Program-made: the position numbers and the translations under genes
Shown: piece by piece, positions 49,099-58,093 of the stretch
How the letters are laid out: each line of letters starts with the position of its first letter
How positions within the stretch are numbered: the first letter of the stretch is position 1
The notes under the pieces: model-generated
Told to the model about the DNA's origin: nothing
The model's database searches: none
Seen by the model: only the letters and a program-made list of their open reading frames with translations
Sequence record: MT446416.1
Strand: one strand, 5' to 3'
Origin: Escherichia virus TH47
Length of the DNA stretch: 64,000 nucleotides

Positions 49099-49431
49099 TT
49101 ACTCTTCGTCTTCAGTCAAGTCTTCTTGAACTGGATGTTCTGGGTGGTTACGGCGATGCAATTTGATGCTTTTGTCTTTACCTAAGACAGTTTCCATTTT
49201 TTCAAATGAATCACCAATTGCTTTGTATAAATCTGCATCATCGGCTGTAACACTCTTACCGCCTGATGTTAAAGTTACGGAATATTGGTTCTTATGCTCT
49301 TTCTTCACATGAACACCAATATGCAGTACTGAAGAATCACTAAACTTCGTTAGTGCATTTGCTTCAGCATGAATTGCGTCATTGATTGCTGGAGTAATAT
49401 CAACATTACCTTGGATAACTAAATCTAGCAT
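49099..49431 (-). CDS. hpf: ribosome hibernation promoting factor / RaiA-like protein
   Basis: aligns along its length with HPF/YfiA (IQGNVDIT.A, VHVKKE, TLTSGG, DLYKAIGD, KLHRRNH); AAGGTAGG RBS. Confidence 0.8.
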   Translation of the reverse strand: MLDLVIQGNVDITPAINDAIHAEANALTKFSDSSVLHIGVHVKKEHKNQYSVTLTSGGKSVTADDADLYKAIGDSFEKMETVLGKDKSIKLHRRNHPEHPVQEDLTEDEE

Positions 49432-49455
49432 AATTTACCTACCTTTTTTTTAGTT

Positions 49456-50382
49456 TTAAAGATTACTAACTAACAATTCTGCACGGTTTCCTACTTGACG
49501 ATACCATAGAGAATTCTTAATTTCTTTTTTGAACTTGTTATCATTTTGATTATCAACGCTTTTCCATAATTTATTGAAAGTATTTAACTTATCAACTCCT
49601 AATGTAAATGCCATCTCAAATAAAATTCGTTGTTGTTCAGCCGTAAGGTTTGTTGCATTTCTTTTCTTCAATAATAAAACTAAATCATTATTAGTTCGTT
49701 CCATGTCAGACAATAAAAGTTTATGTGCTTGTGACTTCGTAATACCATTACGATACTTACTTGCATCTGATTCTTTCTTTCCAAGATAATGTCCGTACCC
49801 AATAGTGAAGTTACCTTTTATATCACGATACGGATAAAATTTAGAATTTCGATATGGAACTCCAACTTTCCCACCAAGTAAACGTCGTTTGTTCTTGGAC
49901 TGAAATTCAATAGAACCTTCAGCTTCTTTGATGTGATTGACAATTTCTGGATCTTTATAATCAAACAGTACAGTCACATCTGGTAACAATACGTGCTTCA
50001 AATCCTCTTTTGTTGGGATAAAGATACCCTGAGAAGTATGAAGAGTTGCATTTAAGTTGATGTTCTTCAACAAAATGACATAATCTTCAATCTGTACATT
50101 TTTAGGTTTAAATTTCTGTGCAATAGAATAATAACTATCACCAGGTTGAACCGTATAATGTTTCTCGCTGCTTGGAACTGCTTTTGGTACTGATACCTTT
50201 GGTAGTTCCTGCTTTTGAATTTGAGTAAACTGTGGTTTTAAATTATGCACCTGACTTTCGTCTAATGATGGTACATGATCACTTTGAGAAAAACCATAAA
50301 ATCCAATAGCAGCGAATAGGGCTGATGAAACTAATACGCCTACGGCAATTTTAGTTTTCAGTGCTTTTTTCGCTTTTTTCAA
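49456..50382 (-). CDS. signal-anchored LysM + T4-lysozyme-like (GH24-type) protein, endolysin candidate
   Basis: TTG start after AAAGGAGG RBS; N-terminal basic stretch then helix IAVGVLVSSALFAAIGFYGF; LysM-like YTVQPGDSYYSIAQKF; C-terminal FTIGYGH...LWYRQVGNRAELL resembles T4 lysozyme. Confidence 0.65.
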   Translation of the reverse strand: MKKAKKALKTKIAVGVLVSSALFAAIGFYGFSQSDHVPSLDESQVHNLKPQFTQIQKQELPKVSVPKAVPSSEKHYTVQPGDSYYSIAQKFKPKNVQIEDYVILLKNINLNATLHTSQGIFIPTKEDLKHVLLPDVTVLFDYKDPEIVNHIKEAEGSIEFQSKNKRRLLGGKVGVPYRNSKFYPYRDIKGNFTIGYGHYLGKKESDASKYRNGITKSQAHKLLLSDMERTNNDLVLLLKKRNATNLTAEQQRILFEMAFTLGVDKLNTFNKLWKSVDNQNDNKFKKEIKNSLWYRQVGNRAELLVSNL

Positions 50383-50498
50383 AACGCCTCCTTTGTTGGT
50401 TGTTAACAATGAGCAATCACAAAGAGGGCAAAGAGGCCATTTGCAAAAGCCTCATTGGACTTTCTACAGTACTCAGTTGTTCTTTGGAACATTTAAGT

Positions 50499-50526
50499 AG
50501 TATAGCATACTTTTTAGTTATATCAA
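50499..50526 (-). promoter_or_regulatory. sigma70-like promoter upstream of the lysozyme gene
   Basis: minus strand TTGATA-N16-TATACT; about 110-nt leader containing hairpin GAGGC..GCCTC. Confidence 0.4.
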
Positions 50527-50549
50527 GACCTATTTACCAAATAACCACA

Positions 50550-50960
50550 TTAATCGTAATATGTTCTACCAATGGTGATGTGATATTTGAAATATTTAGA
50601 TGCTAAACCAAGTTCATCACGAATTTGTGCAATGAAATCATCTTCAAACTCTATGATAAAGAATGACCCAGGTTTCTTATTGTCTTTTACTTCTTCGATG
50701 AAAGGTTCGAACTTAATCTTAACTTTCATACCATCGTACTTTTTCCAGTACTCTGGATTTGGTGGCACTTCACCACGAACGATACTGACATGTGCTCCCC
50801 ATTGGGGGTCTTTAATATCAATATGTAAGTCAGTTCTGATGAAGTACTGGTAGTATCGAACCAACTGTAATGGAAGTTGCAGTACTAACCAGAAGTCCTT
50901 CTTCTTTTTCATAGTGCCACGATCTGGATCATACACCAGAGTTCCTTCCATTTCAATCAT
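50550..50960 (-). CDS. 2H phosphoesterase family protein (LigT/Acb1-like)
   Basis: two H-x-(S/T)-x motifs, GAHVSIV and YHITIG, about 70 aa apart in a 136-aa protein. Confidence 0.6.
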   Translation of the reverse strand: MIEMEGTLVYDPDRGTMKKKKDFWLVLQLPLQLVRYYQYFIRTDLHIDIKDPQWGAHVSIVRGEVPPNPEYWKKYDGMKVKIKFEPFIEEVKDNKKPGSFFIIEFEDDFIAQIRDELGLASKYFKYHITIGRTYYD

Positions 50961-50967
50961 ATTTTAC

Positions 50968-51171
50968 CTATAAATTTACATATATGTTTTTATTTTCAAT
51001 ACGAACATAAGTTTCTAAAACATCTTTCGGAATTTTATTACTTGTTTTGTACCATGTAGTATTATCTACTAAAACAAAAGTTTCACCTTCAGTTTCACCA
51101 AATGTACTTAGTGCATAAATGAAGTAGTTTGGTGATGCACTACAATAAACATCAGCATTAATTTCAATCAT
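50968..51171 (-). CDS. hypothetical protein
   Basis: 67-aa ORF. Confidence 0.4.
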   Translation of the reverse strand: MIEINADVYCSASPNYFIYALSTFGETEGETFVLVDNTTWYKTSNKIPKDVLETYVRIENKNIYVNL

Positions 51172-51317
51172 ATTTTACACCACAATAAAGCTTAATACAA
51201 CGAGTGTAATAAACACACCCACAATGGCGGTCATTTCAGGGTTAGCATCGTATGTATAACGGATGCACTTTAGAAAATCTTTACCAAACTTTTTTAGTCC
51301 ATTCATATATTTTCCTT

Positions 51318-51662
51318 TCATTTCTTGTGTAAAGGGTCGGCACTTTCATAATAGATTGTATCATTGTTTCGCTCAATAGTAAAACTCTTTTGACACAACT
51401 CTTCAGCTAAACCCTTAGCATAGTTTAATACATCTCGGTTGAGATATACTTCTTCTTTTGGAAAGCGTGGGTACTGAATAATACGAGCACACATTCCACT
51501 TTCAAGACCACCCGTGTAGATGTATTCACACGGAATCAATTGTACACAAAAACCAAGATTGAATGTGAACTTTCTTGTGTACTCTCTTGCTGTTTGGATA
51601 TCACCAGCAATATGAATATTCCAGTACTGCGTTTCAACTGTACCTTTGTCGATGTATTTCAT
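51318..51662 (-). CDS. hypothetical protein
   Basis: start at ATG with GGAGA RBS (track begins at TTG 51674). Confidence 0.45.
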   Translation of the reverse strand: MKYIDKGTVETQYWNIHIAGDIQTAREYTRKFTFNLGFCVQLIPCEYIYTGGLESGMCARIIQYPRFPKEEVYLNRDVLNYAKGLAEELCQKSFTIERNNDTIYYESADPLHKK

Positions 51663-51691
51663 ACTCATCTCCAATTATAGCATAAAAAATC

Positions 51692-52081
51692 CTACTTGCC
51701 CAAATCTTCTATAATTCTTTTTATGGTATCATTGTTTTCCAGACATAAAGTACTGAAATTTCTACCTGTTTTTTCATTTAGTTCGCTGATTTCAAGCATA
51801 AGATAACCATACGTGATATCTTGAATCCTACTTCGTTTTACCCTTGAGTACAGTTTTATGGGTACAGATACACGAGTATTCAAAAAGAATTCTGGTAAAT
51901 CATAACGATATACCAGGTATTCATTCTTGGAACGTCTACGACTGTACGATTCTAAACACTGTGGGAAACGTCTGTCAAAAATACTACTCCTTAACTTAAG
52001 GAACATTGGATCTATCTTATGTGAGTAATATGATTTGATTATTTCATCAAATCTTTTTGTATGTCGTTTACGCCATCTCAT
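51692..52081 (-). CDS. hypothetical basic protein
   Basis: start at ATG with AAGGT RBS. Confidence 0.45.
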   Translation of the reverse strand: MRWRKRHTKRFDEIIKSYYSHKIDPMFLKLRSSIFDRRFPQCLESYSRRRSKNEYLVYRYDLPEFFLNTRVSVPIKLYSRVKRSRIQDITYGYLMLEISELNEKTGRNFSTLCLENNDTIKRIIEDLGK

Positions 52082-52083
52082 AA

Positions 52084-52527
52084 TCAAACCTTAAAAAATA
52101 TAATAGGAAAGTATTTTGTTTCCGAATCTGAAATACTGTTACAGTAATCTTTCAATTCATCATGGATAACATTCAAATGAATAGTAGGATAGTTCATAGG
52201 TTTCTGTACTGGGCCAGTGGCATATACGCAATCTGTTCTATCCCAACTTACATATTGGGTTGGATAATTATCTTTAGTACGTTCTTCAATAATAATATTA
52301 TATTCTGGTGTATTCAATACATATATATCACATTGAGAAATGTACTGAACATTAAAATCACCGTCAGTGAGATGGATCATGTTCCCATCGCAATATAAGC
52401 ATGATGGTTCAGTGTATCCTAAAATTGAAGATAAAGTTCTGAAGTTTGCTCCTGGACCCAAATATACCAAATTCGTGTGTAAACAAATATCAATGAAACG
52501 TTTGAAGACTTCAGTTTCGTTATGCAT
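52084..52527 (-). CDS. hypothetical protein
   Basis: 147-aa ORF with AAGGT RBS. Confidence 0.5.
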   Translation of the reverse strand: MHNETEVFKRFIDICLHTNLVYLGPGANFRTLSSILGYTEPSCLYCDGNMIHLTDGDFNVQYISQCDIYVLNTPEYNIIIEERTKDNYPTQYVSWDRTDCVYATGPVQKPMNYPTIHLNVIHDELKDYCNSISDSETKYFPIIFFKV

Positions 52528-52570
52528 ATAGATACCTTAAAAAGACCCCACATAGTGAGGTCAAACACTT

Positions 52571-52795
52571 TTAAACGTTATCATCATCCAATATTTCACG
52601 GTAAACATAATAAACATGTGTACCTAGAAGAACAATGAGTACAATGAAGACTAACCAGAATGGTACAAAATGCAGTACAAGTGCAAATGCCATTACGGTA
52701 ATAATCATTACTACTGAACTGAAAATAAGACTGGTCGCTTTTTTAAATCCAGATAGTACATCATTCAAAACGCGTTTCATAAATGAATCAACCAT
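52571..52795 (-). CDS. small two-helix membrane protein (holin-like candidate)
   Basis: 74 aa with two hydrophobic segments and charged C-terminus; GAGGAAG RBS. Confidence 0.45.
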   Translation of the reverse strand: MVDSFMKRVLNDVLSGFKKATSLIFSSVVMIITVMAFALVLHFVPFWLVFIVLIVLLGTHVYYVYREILDDDNV

Positions 52796-53372
52796 TTTTC
52801 TTCCTCATATAATCCATATAGCAAGTTCTGCATAGACTCTTGTATGATTCATCACCACCAATAAAGACTTTATCAGTACTTTCAACTATACGGGCATTCA
52901 TAGTGGCTTCTTTGCCACACTTCTGATTCTCACACACGTTCTTAAGTTCATGTATGTCATCAGCTATTTCGAACAGTCTTTGTGAACCTTCAAAAAGATT
53001 GGATTCAAAATCTGTTCGGATTCCATAACAGGAAACATCAACACCATAATTATCTGCTATATCAGCTAAATGGTCAATTTGTTCTCTGTTTAAAAATTGA
53101 CATTCATCAACATAGATACTGTTAATGTCAACGTCATTTTTGAGTGTTTCTTTAACTTTAAGAAGAACACTAATGTCATTTTTTGGAATTACTTCAGCCT
53201 CAGCTTCGATGCCAATTCTCGAAGTAATCTTTCCTGTTCCATAACGATCATCAAGTGCACTGGTTAAGTAAATTACCTTCATTCCATTTTTCTTATGGTT
53301 ATATGCTTTTTGTAAAAGATGAGTACTTTTACCACTAGACATACTACCATAGTAATATACTAATTTACTCAT
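52788..53372 (-). CDS. tdk: thymidine kinase
   Basis: P-loop GSMSSGKST, Walker-B-like VDECQF, C-terminal Cys pairs CENQKC / CRTC; AAGGA RBS. Confidence 0.85.
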   Translation of the reverse strand: MSKLVYYYGSMSSGKSTHLLQKAYNHKKNGMKVIYLTSALDDRYGTGKITSRIGIEAEAEVIPKNDISVLLKVKETLKNDVDINSIYVDECQFLNREQIDHLADIADNYGVDVSCYGIRTDFESNLFEGSQRLFEIADDIHELKNVCENQKCGKEATMNARIVESTDKVFIGGDESYKSLCRTCYMDYMRKKNG

Positions 53373-53703
53373 TTTTAATCCTTAAGTACGTGTGCTTGCA
53401 TTTTAATCTATTACCATAGGATGAAATTGGGATATTGAACATTTCTATTTTACCCTCTTTTAAAAGACGTAAAATATCTGGATCGTTTTTGGTTTGTACA
53501 CAATGAAGACCATTGACTTGAATTTCTACACCATTATTCAGAAATTCATAAATCTTCTGTCTACGCTTCCCACCGAAACTTTCATTTCGGATAACATCTC
53601 TTAGGTCTTTATATTCTTGTTTTAATTTCCTGTCAAAAAGTGTTCCATCTTTCTTTCTGATTTCTTCAATACACTTATATTGAGTTTGTCCTCTAAGAGC
53701 CAT
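53365..53703 (-). CDS. hypothetical protein
   Basis: 112-aa ORF with GAGGT RBS. Confidence 0.5.
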   Translation of the reverse strand: MALRGQTQYKCIEEIRKKDGTLFDRKLKQEYKDLRDVIRNESFGGKRRQKIYEFLNNGVEIQVNGLHCVQTKNDPDILRLLKEGKIEMFNIPISSYGNRLKCKHTYLRIKNE

Positions 53704-54172
53704 ATTTGACCTCGTTGGGATATTTCTTCATTAACTCATGTAAACGTTGAATTTCCTGATTTTTCTTATGTTCTTCATCATACTTCTTAGAAAGATTCTT
53801 TCTTGTATTTGATTCTAATAATCTAAAATTAGTACAGAATCTATCATTTTTAGCAACGTTCTTACGTAACGCATCAAAAACAGTACTGAAATAGTTATCC
53901 AATGGAAAAGAAGTGTCAGTGTAATTATAAAAATCCATTACATTTGTCAGGTTCACATGTTCAATTACCGCACCATTGTGCGTTACAATAAACATTATAT
54001 CACCATAATTACAATTTGCATCAGTACGGTGCAGATATAAATGATCACGTAAATAATCTTTTAATTTATGTTCAATACCACTTTGTTCAGTACTTTGAAA
54101 TACCAAAACTTCACCATAGGTTGTATTACCGTCATATTCATTTGGTTCGCGGATAATTGTAAGGTTATACAT
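53693..54172 (-). CDS. hypothetical protein
   Basis: 159-aa ORF with AAGGAG RBS. Confidence 0.5.
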   Translation of the reverse strand: MYNLTIIREPNEYDGNTTYGEVLVFQSTEQSGIEHKLKDYLRDHLYLHRTDANCNYGDIMFIVTHNGAVIEHVNLTNVMDFYNYTDTSFPLDNYFSTVFDALRKNVAKNDRFCTNFRLLESNTRKNLSKKYDEEHKKNQEIQRLHELMKKYPNEVKYGS

Positions 54173-54180
54173 ATAACTCC

Positions 54181-54462
54181 TTATACCGGAGATACGGTAC
54201 TCAGCATTAGTAGAGCAGTGTTTTCATCAATTTCATGTTGATTGTCGCAAACTAGAGTTTCCAGCAGATCTGGATTGTAATAATAATGTTCATAATCTGT
54301 ATCATTTGGAATATGGTGATAGGTGAATACAATGTCAAATACATCATCATCATTTTCACTTTTGAAACGCTTTAATTCTTCTACACTTTCAACAAAGCCA
54401 TACTCTTCAAAAGCAGTAGTACCATCTTGTAGTTTCATCCATGCACTTGCGACAATTTTCAT
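54181..54462 (-). CDS. hypothetical protein
   Basis: start at ATG (track begins at TTG 54471). Confidence 0.45.
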   Translation of the reverse strand: MKIVASAWMKLQDGTTAFEEYGFVESVEELKRFKSENDDDVFDIVFTYHHIPNDTDYEHYYYNPDLLETLVCDNQHEIDENTALLMLSTVSPV

Positions 54463-54475
54463 AAATTTCAAATCC

Positions 54476-55063
54476 TTATTCTTTTGTAATGTTTAGTTTA
54501 GAAACGAAATGGTTTTTTGCTTCTTCAAATGTCATTGAAGTATATACTGGGTTCCAATTATCGTCAAGATCTGTAAGTACTTTAACTTCCATTACATCTT
54601 CAGGTGTGTAGAATTGCCATGTATTATGGTCTGGCTCATAATTAGGATCTAGTACAAAAACTGTTCCATTCTGACCATAAACTTCCCCATCATTTAATAG
54701 TTCACTGAAGAAATCTTCACCTGTTGTTGGGTCTTCGTATGCATTATAAAAACGAAAAACAACATTCTCAACATCAGTTCGGGTAGTACCATCGTCTTCA
54801 TCATATTCCACCAAACGGTCCTGATGAAATACTAGGTCAATAGCACCAATGCGAGGTTTATTATGTGGAGTTTTGATTTCTTGCTGGGAATTGTAATCCA
54901 TACGTTCAGTACTGATGAATACACCACTTGGTGTGATTTCAATACCAGACACATTTTCTGGTGAATAGTACGCTTCACACATATCATCAATATACATGTG
55001 CTCATGATACACTTCCATTTCAGGGTTCTGCATCAACAGTGCTGCTAGGTCTTTTGCTTTCAA
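54476..55063 (-). CDS. hypothetical protein
   Basis: TTG start 7 nt after GGAGA, overlapping upstream stop (TTGA coupling). Confidence 0.5.
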   Translation of the reverse strand: MKAKDLAALLMQNPEMEVYHEHMYIDDMCEAYYSPENVSGIEITPSGVFISTERMDYNSQQEIKTPHNKPRIGAIDLVFHQDRLVEYDEDDGTTRTDVENVVFRFYNAYEDPTTGEDFFSELLNDGEVYGQNGTVFVLDPNYEPDHNTWQFYTPEDVMEVKVLTDLDDNWNPVYTSMTFEEAKNHFVSKLNITKE

Positions 55064-55452
55064 TCTTCAATCTCCATAGAGTCATCACTTTCGTAATCAT
55101 CACTAGTGTACTTAGTTTTTACCTCAATACCATTCTCATGTAGGTATGTGATAAAACCATTACCATGAACGAATTGATTATAATATGTATTTTCTTCTAC
55201 ATGTGAGTCATAATCATCTTCGTAATATGTGGGCATTGTAACATCATGACCAGCACTTTGCAAGTACTGGAACAATTCTTTCAGTACTACTTCGATATCA
55301 CCTTCTTCTGTACCATAACAATATGCAGGTTCACCGTGAGTGAATTTGAATCCTTTACAGGAAACTGTATAAATGTCACTCATGTTCATACCACAATCAT
55401 CACATTCATGTATAGAACAATGCTGGTGGAATTTAATCTTTTTGATTTGCAT
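55060..55452 (-). CDS. hypothetical Cys/His-rich protein
   Basis: N-terminal HQHCSIHECDDCG cluster suggests metal binding. Confidence 0.45.
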   Translation of the reverse strand: MQIKKIKFHQHCSIHECDDCGMNMSDIYTVSCKGFKFTHGEPAYCYGTEEGDIEVVLKELFQYLQSAGHDVTMPTYYEDDYDSHVEENTYYNQFVHGNGFITYLHENGIEVKTKYTSDDYESDDSMEIED

Positions 55453-55801
55453 TTAGAAAATCCTGTAAAGATGTAGTAGACATTGGACTATCAGCACCAT
55501 CATACCACAGTGATGTATATGGCTGAACTGAACTAATATCAATACACAACCCTTCACGCTCACATTTTTGAGCGAATTCTTCAGTAGTTTGTTTGTTACC
55601 AAAAGAAATCTCAAATTCATAACTCTCAAATTCATAACTAGACATATCAATATCAGTACTGTAAATTAATGCACCATCATATGTAATATGGAGTTTAGAA
55701 TCTGCGTCAAAAAGACGATCTGAAATAGCTTCATAATCATCTTCAGGAACTGCTTCAATAAGACGGGCCATTAGTCCAGATGTTACGCGGTAATCACTCA
55801 T
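55433..55801 (-). CDS. hypothetical protein
   Basis: start at ATG with GGAGAA RBS directly after terminator hairpin (track begins at GTG 55831). Confidence 0.45.
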   Translation of the reverse strand: MSDYRVTSGLMARLIEAVPEDDYEAISDRLFDADSKLHITYDGALIYSTDIDMSSYEFESYEFEISFGNKQTTEEFAQKCEREGLCIDISSVQPYTSLWYDGADSPMSTTSLQDFLNANQKD

Positions 55802-55812
55802 ATATATTCTCC

Positions 55813-55842
55813 AAAAGAAAAGGAGAGTCACAATGACTCTCC
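55813..55842 (-). terminator. rho-independent terminator after Dps-like gene
   Basis: perfect stem GGAGAGTCA/TGACTCTCC with 3-nt loop, followed by T-run on the minus strand. Confidence 0.6.
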
Positions 55843-55849
55843 ATATATT

Positions 55850-56293
55850 TTATTGTAAAACTTTAAGTTTGTAAAGCATTCCTTCACAAAAACTCATAAT
55901 GTCTTCTAGTGTGTTAGTACTGCCATAGTCTTCAGCCTCTTCAAGCATAGCATGAATGGCTTTACATTGACTAACATATTCTTCAAGAATTGGTACACAA
56001 TCCTCGATAGGGGTAAAACGATAACTGTTACCAGTACCTACCTGTAATGCCCCGCGAGTGTTCATAATACCCTCTACAAATGCATCAACGTACTCAGGTA
56101 ACTCTTTGTATAGTTCATCCAATTGTAGATGCTTAGTGTAGAAATGGCTCTGTAAATGCCAGTTGTGAGCAGCAGCACTTAAAAATAAACTATTCTCAAT
56201 AAATGTAAGTAGTACTTCATCATAAGAACTATCTTCTTCAGTATCTCCAATAAAGTCCATAACGTGGCGAAGTGTTGATATATCTTCATTCAT
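55850..56293 (-). CDS. Dps/ferritin-like protein
   Basis: segment AAHNWHLQSHFYTKHLQLDELYKELPEYVDAFVEG aligns with Dps ferroxidase region (H, H, D, E conserved); start at ATG with AGAGGA RBS. Confidence 0.45.
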   Translation of the reverse strand: MNEDISTLRHVMDFIGDTEEDSSYDEVLLTFIENSLFLSAAAHNWHLQSHFYTKHLQLDELYKELPEYVDAFVEGIMNTRGALQVGTGNSYRFTPIEDCVPILEEYVSQCKAIHAMLEEAEDYGSTNTLEDIMSFCEGMLYKLKVLQ

Positions 56294-56322
56294 ATAATTA
56301 CATCCTCTATGTGTATTCATAT

Positions 56323-56964
56323 TCATATTTTATTTATAGTAATGGTGATATTAAAACTTTCTATATCATTCTTTAATATATCAACTCGTTTTCGTAAACC
56401 ATCTATAACTTCTGGTATTACATCATTTTTATACATCTCTATTAACTCTTCTATATATTTTTTCTTTTCTATCTGCCACGCACGATGTGCATCTTCTGGA
56501 GTTTCATAAACACCAATGTATGTTGTTTTATTATATATTGTTATTTTAGCACAATAAGGTTTGGTATATTCACTCACCATGTCTTTTGGACGTTTTCTGT
56601 ATATCACTCCCATTCCATATGGTGATGCATTTGCAGCACTGTCTAGTATACAGTAATTCAATTCTTTGGGAACAAATGCACATGTTTCAGGAGAATAGAT
56701 TTTCTTACTCCCACCAATAATATCTTTATCTAATTGATATCCTTCTTTATAATGTGATTTGTACCAAATTTTAAATTTTGAATAATACTTCCACTCATCA
56801 CATACAACAGTTCCAATATAAGAACCCTTAGCCTTATCGGAATAGCATCGGTCTAACATACGTTGCCATGCACAATATATTGCTCGATCTGGATTTGTTA
56901 TACTAGCATCACCTTTTATATCACAGATGCCATGACCATAAAACTTCTTCATTAATTTATCCAT
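56323..56964 (-). CDS. AP2-like DNA-binding domain protein (homing-endonuclease-associated family)
   Basis: C-terminal YIGVYETPEDAHRAWQ resembles AP2 domain; N-terminal W..M..RC...Y....C..W pattern. Confidence 0.4.
   Translation of the reverse strand: MDKLMKKFYGHGICDIKGDASITNPDRAIYCAWQRMLDRCYSDKAKGSYIGTVVCDEWKYYSKFKIWYKSHYKEGYQLDKDIIGGSKKIYSPETCAFVPKELNYCILDSAANASPYGMGVIYRKRPKDMVSEYTKPYCAKITIYNKTTYIGVYETPEDAHRAWQIEKKKYIEELIEMYKNDVIPEVIDGLRKRVDILKNDIESFNITITINKI
56331..56338 (-). promoter_or_regulatory. T4-late-promoter-like TATAAATA box
   Basis: exact TATAAATA on the minus strand about 38 nt upstream of the Dps-like start. Confidence 0.3.
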
Positions 56965-56974
56965 ATTTTTGTAA

Positions 56975-57403
56975 TTAGTTAATAATAAAGGTAACTTCAG
57001 GATTCATTTCTGAAACTGCATTTCTTTTACTTCTATTCCATAGTACTCTATTGTTATATAATGAAGAATCACAAATTATAAGTAAGCAATTCCTTAATCT
57101 ACTTACAGTACTTTGATTACTTAAATCAGTTTCTGTAACAAAAAATACATTATCAGGAACTTCTACAGGAATTGATTTATCAAAGAAGAAAACTACAATA
57201 GGTCTGTTTGTATGAACTAAATTAATAAAGTCTAAAATACTGTTATAAAATTCAGTTCCTTTGTTTAAACTTAATGGATCTTTGATCCTCTTCAAATATG
57301 TCTGAACCAATTTATGATCGTTTTTGATTTGATACTCAAAATATTCTTTGAATAACATTTGTGTTAATTCAGATGTATTGGATATTTTCGTTGTGTTACT
57401 CAT
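56975..57403 (-). CDS. hypothetical protein
   Basis: 142-aa ORF. Confidence 0.45.
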   Translation of the reverse strand: MSNTTKISNTSELTQMLFKEYFEYQIKNDHKLVQTYLKRIKDPLSLNKGTEFYNSILDFINLVHTNRPIVVFFFDKSIPVEVPDNVFFVTETDLSNQSTVSRLRNCLLIICDSSLYNNRVLWNRSKRNAVSEMNPEVTFIIN

Positions 57404-58093
57404 TCACTTCGTTCTCTCGTAACTCAAGAAGTCACTACGTTTACTTCGTAAACTAGTTCCTTCTGAAAATGATAATGTACTTTAAAAGCTTGACGGGATT
57501 TGTTGAGGACTATTTCATCCCCCCGCAGGGGAATGAAGGTAATAAAAAAGAGACAATTAAGTCTCTCTTGACGATGATGGCATCGGATATTATCGAATTG
57601 CGAATTTCTCAAATTTTGGACGGATCTTTCTTGTACCAAAATTTAGAGAGCGAAAGCGGGTTGCTCGGTTTCTCTCTATCGCAGTCATATGCAACGGTCG
57701 CTGGTCTTTTCATCAACAGCACTCAGTACTAAACTCTATTCGATCAAAGTAGTACCTGTTCTCAAATTTTGGACGCAACTTTCTTGTAAAATCGCGTCCA
57801 CAATCCTTGAACTCCCTTAGCAAATTCGTAAGGTGCGAACCTTATACATCTATCTAGGAACTCTCTGTGTGCTTATTGGAGTTCTTTATACAGCCGTGTC
57901 GCCGTGATTCGTGGTCTTATCTCGTGTTTGTTTGATTGCCAGTACTCTAACAGGTTTCTTTTGCTGTTCGCTACAACGGTAAAGCTCATCTATCCTTTAC
58001 ATTTTCAAGAGAAGTAGGTTCTCATTATCCATTTTTCAATGTCCGTTGTCATTTTACAATATACATTATATCACTAGGATGTATTATGTCCCG
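57404..58093. other. ~0.7-kb low-coding region with direct repeats, hairpins, a minus-strand terminator and an extended -10 element
   Basis: no ORF over 90 codons; TTCTCAAATTTTGGACG repeated at about 57608 and 57751; hairpin AGAGAC/GTCTCT plus T-run (minus) near 57540-57570; TGATATAATG near 58058-58070. Confidence 0.4.

Noticed and set aside
57404-58093. tRNA genes in the low-coding region
   Set aside because: Manual scan of both strands found no T-arm with a TTCRANY loop and conserved A58 flanked by a matching acceptor stem; the hairpin AAGGTTCGCACCTT has the wrong loop composition. A tRNA finder is still needed to be certain.
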